A stretch of DNA of 10,909 nt from Planctomycetales bacterium (GTDB taxonomy: Bacteria > 4484-113): positions 1-10,909 of the forward strand of contig JBBIJQ010000022.1 in the NCBI GenBank assembly GCA_037445915.1, given 5' to 3'. Below, in pieces: positions 7,568 through 10,909 of the stretch. A program made the translations under genes and the position numbers. Every line of letters begins with the position of its first letter. Positions within the stretch are counted from its first letter, which is position 1. The notes under the pieces were generated by a model. That model was not told the DNA's origin. It saw only the letters and a program-made list of their open reading frames with translations, and did no database searches.

Positions 7568-8226
7568 AGCTAGCGCCCTCAATACTGGCCGCCGATATAT
7601 TCAACTACCAGCAATGGATGAAACAGATTGAAGCCGCCAAGTGCGAGTTCCTGCACTTTGACGTGATGGACGGGCACTTTGTCCCCAACCTCACCTTCGG
7701 GCCTCCCTTCATTGCGCAAGTCCGGAAGCTGACAACCGTTCCCTTTGACGTGCACCTGATGGTTGAGAACCCTGAGGACTATGTAACGCCCCTTGCAGAG
7801 CTGGGCGTTGAACTGCTGAGTTTCCACATTGAGGCGGAACGGTATTCGCCCCGGCTGCTTAAGCGCGTCCACGATTGCGGGATGCTTGCGAGCATTGCCA
7901 TCAACCCGCAAACCCCGTTGACCGCGATTGAGGACGTGCTGCCGCTGCTGGATAACGTAATGGTGATGACGGTTGACCCGGGGTTCTACGGCCAGCCCTT
8001 CATTGAGACGATGTTCCACAAGCTTGAAAAGCTGCACGCCTACCGCGAAGACCGCGAGCTTGTGTTCAGCATAGAAGTTGACGGCGGCGTATGCGAAGAG
8101 AATTTGGAGACGCTGCGCCAGCTCGGCGTGGACATGGTCGTCGCCGGCAAGGCGTTCTTCCAGGCTAAAGACCCAACCCTTTTCGCCGCGCGCGTCCACG
8201 GCAGCCGCCGCCGCTTCCACGCGTAA
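7564..8226 (+). CDS. rpe: Ribulose-phosphate 3-epimerase
   Basis: LAPSILAAD, LHFDVMDGHFVPNLTFG, FDVHLMV, VMTVDPGFYGQ, IEVDGG; TTG start overlaps the upstream stop (TTGA). Confidence 0.96.
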   Translation: MKLAPSILAADIFNYQQWMKQIEAAKCEFLHFDVMDGHFVPNLTFGPPFIAQVRKLTTVPFDVHLMVENPEDYVTPLAELGVELLSFHIEAERYSPRLLKRVHDCGMLASIAINPQTPLTAIEDVLPLLDNVMVMTVDPGFYGQPFIETMFHKLEKLHAYREDRELVFSIEVDGGVCEENLETLRQLGVDMVVAGKAFFQAKDPTLFAARVHGSRRRFHA

Positions 8227-8244
8227 TGACATAGTCCAGGTAGG

Positions 8245-8510
8245 GTAGGCGGAACTTCATTTCCGCTCCGATGCATAGCTCCTTCCACTTGTAGGCGGGA
8301 CTTTAGTCCCGCTCTTGGTTCTGTGCTCCGACCTGTAGGGCGGGGACCTTTGCCCCGCCGCTCTTTCCGGAATCCAGACGGCGGCCCACTGGTGGCCGCC
8401 CCGCCAAAGGCGGGCAAGCCTACAGCAGAGACCAGAGCGGCACCGAGGTGCTATCTACAAGGCGAGTTAACCTCGTCGGGTACGCCGGGCTCACCAGCCC
8501 GGCTCTGGTT
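8245..8510. repeat. Cluster of GTAG-headed REP-like hairpins, including nested inverted pairs (REPIN-like)
   Basis: + strand: GTAG-GCGGAA-cttcat-TTCCGC (8245-8266); GTAG-GCGGGAC-ttta-GTCCCGC (8291-8312); GTAG-GGCGGGG-acctttg-CCCCGCC (8335-8359); GTAC-GCCGGGCT-cacc-AGCCCGGC (8480-8503). - strand copies at 8380-8423 and 8437-8458. Located between convergent genes. Confidence 0.8.
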
Positions 8511-9266
8511 CTACTTCCCCGGTATCTCTTCCTTGAAATCCGCGCTTCCGGCGCCGGCCATGCGCTTGTGGAACAGGAGGAACATCCCCGCGAGCAATAT
8601 CGGCACGCCGAGAATCAGCGCAAGCAAGATAAGCTGGAGCGGCGATTCCGCGCTCATGTTTTTCGTGATGAGGATGATGTAGCCCATCCCCAGCAGCAGG
8701 AACAGCGCGCCTGAAAGCTTGGGCATCCAATGCGCCACAACCGTGACGAGGATGATGAGCAGCGGCACGAACATTTGCGGCGTCAAGAAGTAGCCCTCCA
8801 GCGTCTCCATTAGCGCGATTAGCCCGCCGACCGTGTAGCCGATGATTAGCGAGAGAAGGCGCGTGTCGTAAGTGAGCGCGAGCGAGGCGAAAAACTTGTA
8901 GAGAATGGGGACGGTGAGCAGGATGAAATACTCCGGCTCAAGCTCCTTGCCCTTGAGTATCGTGCGCGCGATGAAAACCGCCGTGATGACGAGCATGGTC
9001 ACGTAAAACGCGACGTGGCTGCTGCGGTATGAGATGAAGCTTATGCGCTCGTCGCGCTCGTCAAGCAAGCCCACTTCGCGCACCAGCGGCCCCGCGAACG
9101 CGAGCGCAACGAGTATGAGCAGGAACGCGGGGTTGAGCGCCAGCGCGAGGACGATGGCGATGATGCCGATGACCACCATCACCCAGTTATACACGGTCAT
9201 TTTGCGCAAGCGCTCCAGCGCCTGCGACTTGATTGCGTCAGTAAGCTTTTCCGGTTTCGCCATCAT
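8511..9266 (-). CDS. Polytopic membrane protein of unknown function
   Basis: 251 aa with about 8 hydrophobic helices; DERDER...SSHVAF segment recalls DUF2178-type proteins; GGAGG Shine-Dalgarno upstream of ATG ATG. Confidence 0.8.
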   Translation of the reverse strand: MMAKPEKLTDAIKSQALERLRKMTVYNWVMVVIGIIAIVLALALNPAFLLILVALAFAGPLVREVGLLDERDERISFISYRSSHVAFYVTMLVITAVFIARTILKGKELEPEYFILLTVPILYKFFASLALTYDTRLLSLIIGYTVGGLIALMETLEGYFLTPQMFVPLLIILVTVVAHWMPKLSGALFLLLGMGYIILITKNMSAESPLQLILLALILGVPILLAGMFLLFHKRMAGAGSADFKEEIPGK

Positions 9267-9293
9267 TCCCCTCCAATCGGTAAAGATGTTTCG

Positions 9294-9683
9294 TTACTTC
9301 GCAGTTGTAGAAGTATCCCGTTTAGGCGGCAGTTTTGTAAAGAGGAGCGCGAGCCCCGCCAAAGTCACCGGCGCGACAATAAGCCCTAAAACGTATATGT
9401 TCAGCTTATTGAACTGGTTGAAGAAGACCGCAAAGACGCATCCCGTCGCAATGAGCAGCACGCCGCCGGTTATCGGCCACCGCCATGCCACGTAGGTAAT
9501 GGCGAGGAGCACCAGCCCGGGCATGAGCGTATGCATGAACGTGCCGATAATCCCGCCGCCCTCGGCAATGCCGCTTGCTATGCCGAACCACGTCCAAAAC
9601 AGCCCCGACAGCAACACGATACCTAGGAAGACCATCCTAACGATGTAGAGCACAGGCAGCTTCGTTTTCTTTGTTGCTTCCAT
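9294..9683 (-). CDS. Small 4-TM membrane protein of unknown function
   Basis: Likely start MEATKK (ATG at 9683) preceded by GGAGAGGGA; 129 aa, four hydrophobic segments. Confidence 0.75.
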   Translation of the reverse strand: MEATKKTKLPVLYIVRMVFLGIVLLSGLFWTWFGIASGIAEGGGIIGTFMHTLMPGLVLLAITYVAWRWPITGGVLLIATGCVFAVFFNQFNKLNIYVLGLIVAPVTLAGLALLFTKLPPKRDTSTTAK

Positions 9684-9739
9684 TTCCCTCTCCTTACGGC
9701 CACCGCCGCGCACGATGAATACTATCCGCGTGGAGTGAT

Positions 9740-9961
9740 TTATCCATCTTCCTTCTCCGGTAACGAAAAGAGGTTTTCCACGTTAGTAAGTAGCGCTTGC
9801 GCCAGTTTTAGCGCCAGCGCGACCGACGGGTTGTAGCGCCCCGATTCAATGGCGATGATGGTCTGGCGCGACACGCCGACGCGCGCCGCCAGCTCCTGCT
9901 GCGTCATCCCCCCCGCCATCCGCCGGTGTTCCGCCATCCGGTTGTGTAACTTCTCGGTCAT
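9740..9961 (-). CDS. Small XRE/HTH_3 transcriptional regulator
   Basis: MTQQELAARVGVSRQTIIAIESGRYNPSVALALKLAQAL...VENLF is the typical putative-transcriptional-regulator XRE signature; first gene of a three-gene unit. Confidence 0.93.
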   Translation of the reverse strand: MTEKLHNRMAEHRRMAGGMTQQELAARVGVSRQTIIAIESGRYNPSVALALKLAQALLTNVENLFSLPEKEDG

Positions 9962-9985
9962 ATGTAAAGTATGCGTTACATATGA
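9958..9985. promoter_or_regulatory. Probable autoregulatory operator of the XRE regulator
   Basis: Perfect 10-bp inverted repeat TCATATGTAA-N8-TTACATATGA spanning the start codon and part of the -10 element. Confidence 0.75.
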
Positions 9986-10010
9986 TACTGGGCTAGTTAG
10001 ATTATGTCAA
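9982..10010 (-). promoter_or_regulatory. Sigma-70-type promoter for the XRE/membrane-protein operon
   Basis: Minus strand TTGACA (10010-10005), 17-nt spacer, TATCAT (9987-9982). Confidence 0.75.
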
Positions 10011-10049
10011 TTGGCACGTTGGCAGGGTATCCTGTGCTGTCTGCAGCAG

Positions 10050-10907
<858 letters not shown>

Positions 10908-10909
10908 AT

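Noticed and set aside
7579-8232. 217-aa antisense ORF over rpe
   Set aside because: Shadow ORF expected from GC-biased codon usage; the same applies to 4937..5608, 9034..9495, 9849..10496, 2799..3272 and 2215..2733.
8245-8510. Possible CRISPR array
   Set aside because: Units differ in sequence, occur in both orientations, have irregular spacing, and no cas genes are present; fits REP elements.
8040-8730. ORFs 8040..8417, 8323..8682, 8448..8714 and 8491..8730 crossing the repeat region
   Set aside because: Pro/Arg/Gly-rich translations of GC-rich palindromes or alternative frames of real genes; no recognisable motifs.
9684-9713. Upstream GTG start for the 4-TM protein
   Set aside because: The extension encodes the purine-rich Shine-Dalgarno region; ATG at 9683 fits better.

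Overview
GC-rich bacterial chromosomal segment, mostly housekeeping and probably origin-proximal, since it carries a perfect parS palindrome at 2025-2040. Gene order: htpX-like M48 protease (5'-truncated, +); LL-diaminopimelate aminotransferase (-); trmO/tsaA (-); an XRE-HTH/S24 (LexA/cI-like) repressor (-) divergent from a small sigma-70-region-4-like HTH protein (+); a yacL(PIN/TRAM)-ispD-ispF operon (-) in which IspF is fused in-frame to a complete RNase HI domain; a kinase-less triple-PASTA membrane protein coupled to rpe (+); a cluster of nested GTAG-type REP hairpins; an XRE regulator with two related membrane proteins (-); and an orphan CcrM/M.HinfI-like adenine methyltransferase lacking the usual C-terminal domain (-). 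The most unusual items are the IspF-RNase HI fusion, the nested REP array, the short CcrM-like methylase, the cI/cro-like switch with a non-canonical cleavage site, and a recurring leaderless-mRNA promoter architecture. All calls come from reading motifs by eye; no database searches were run.
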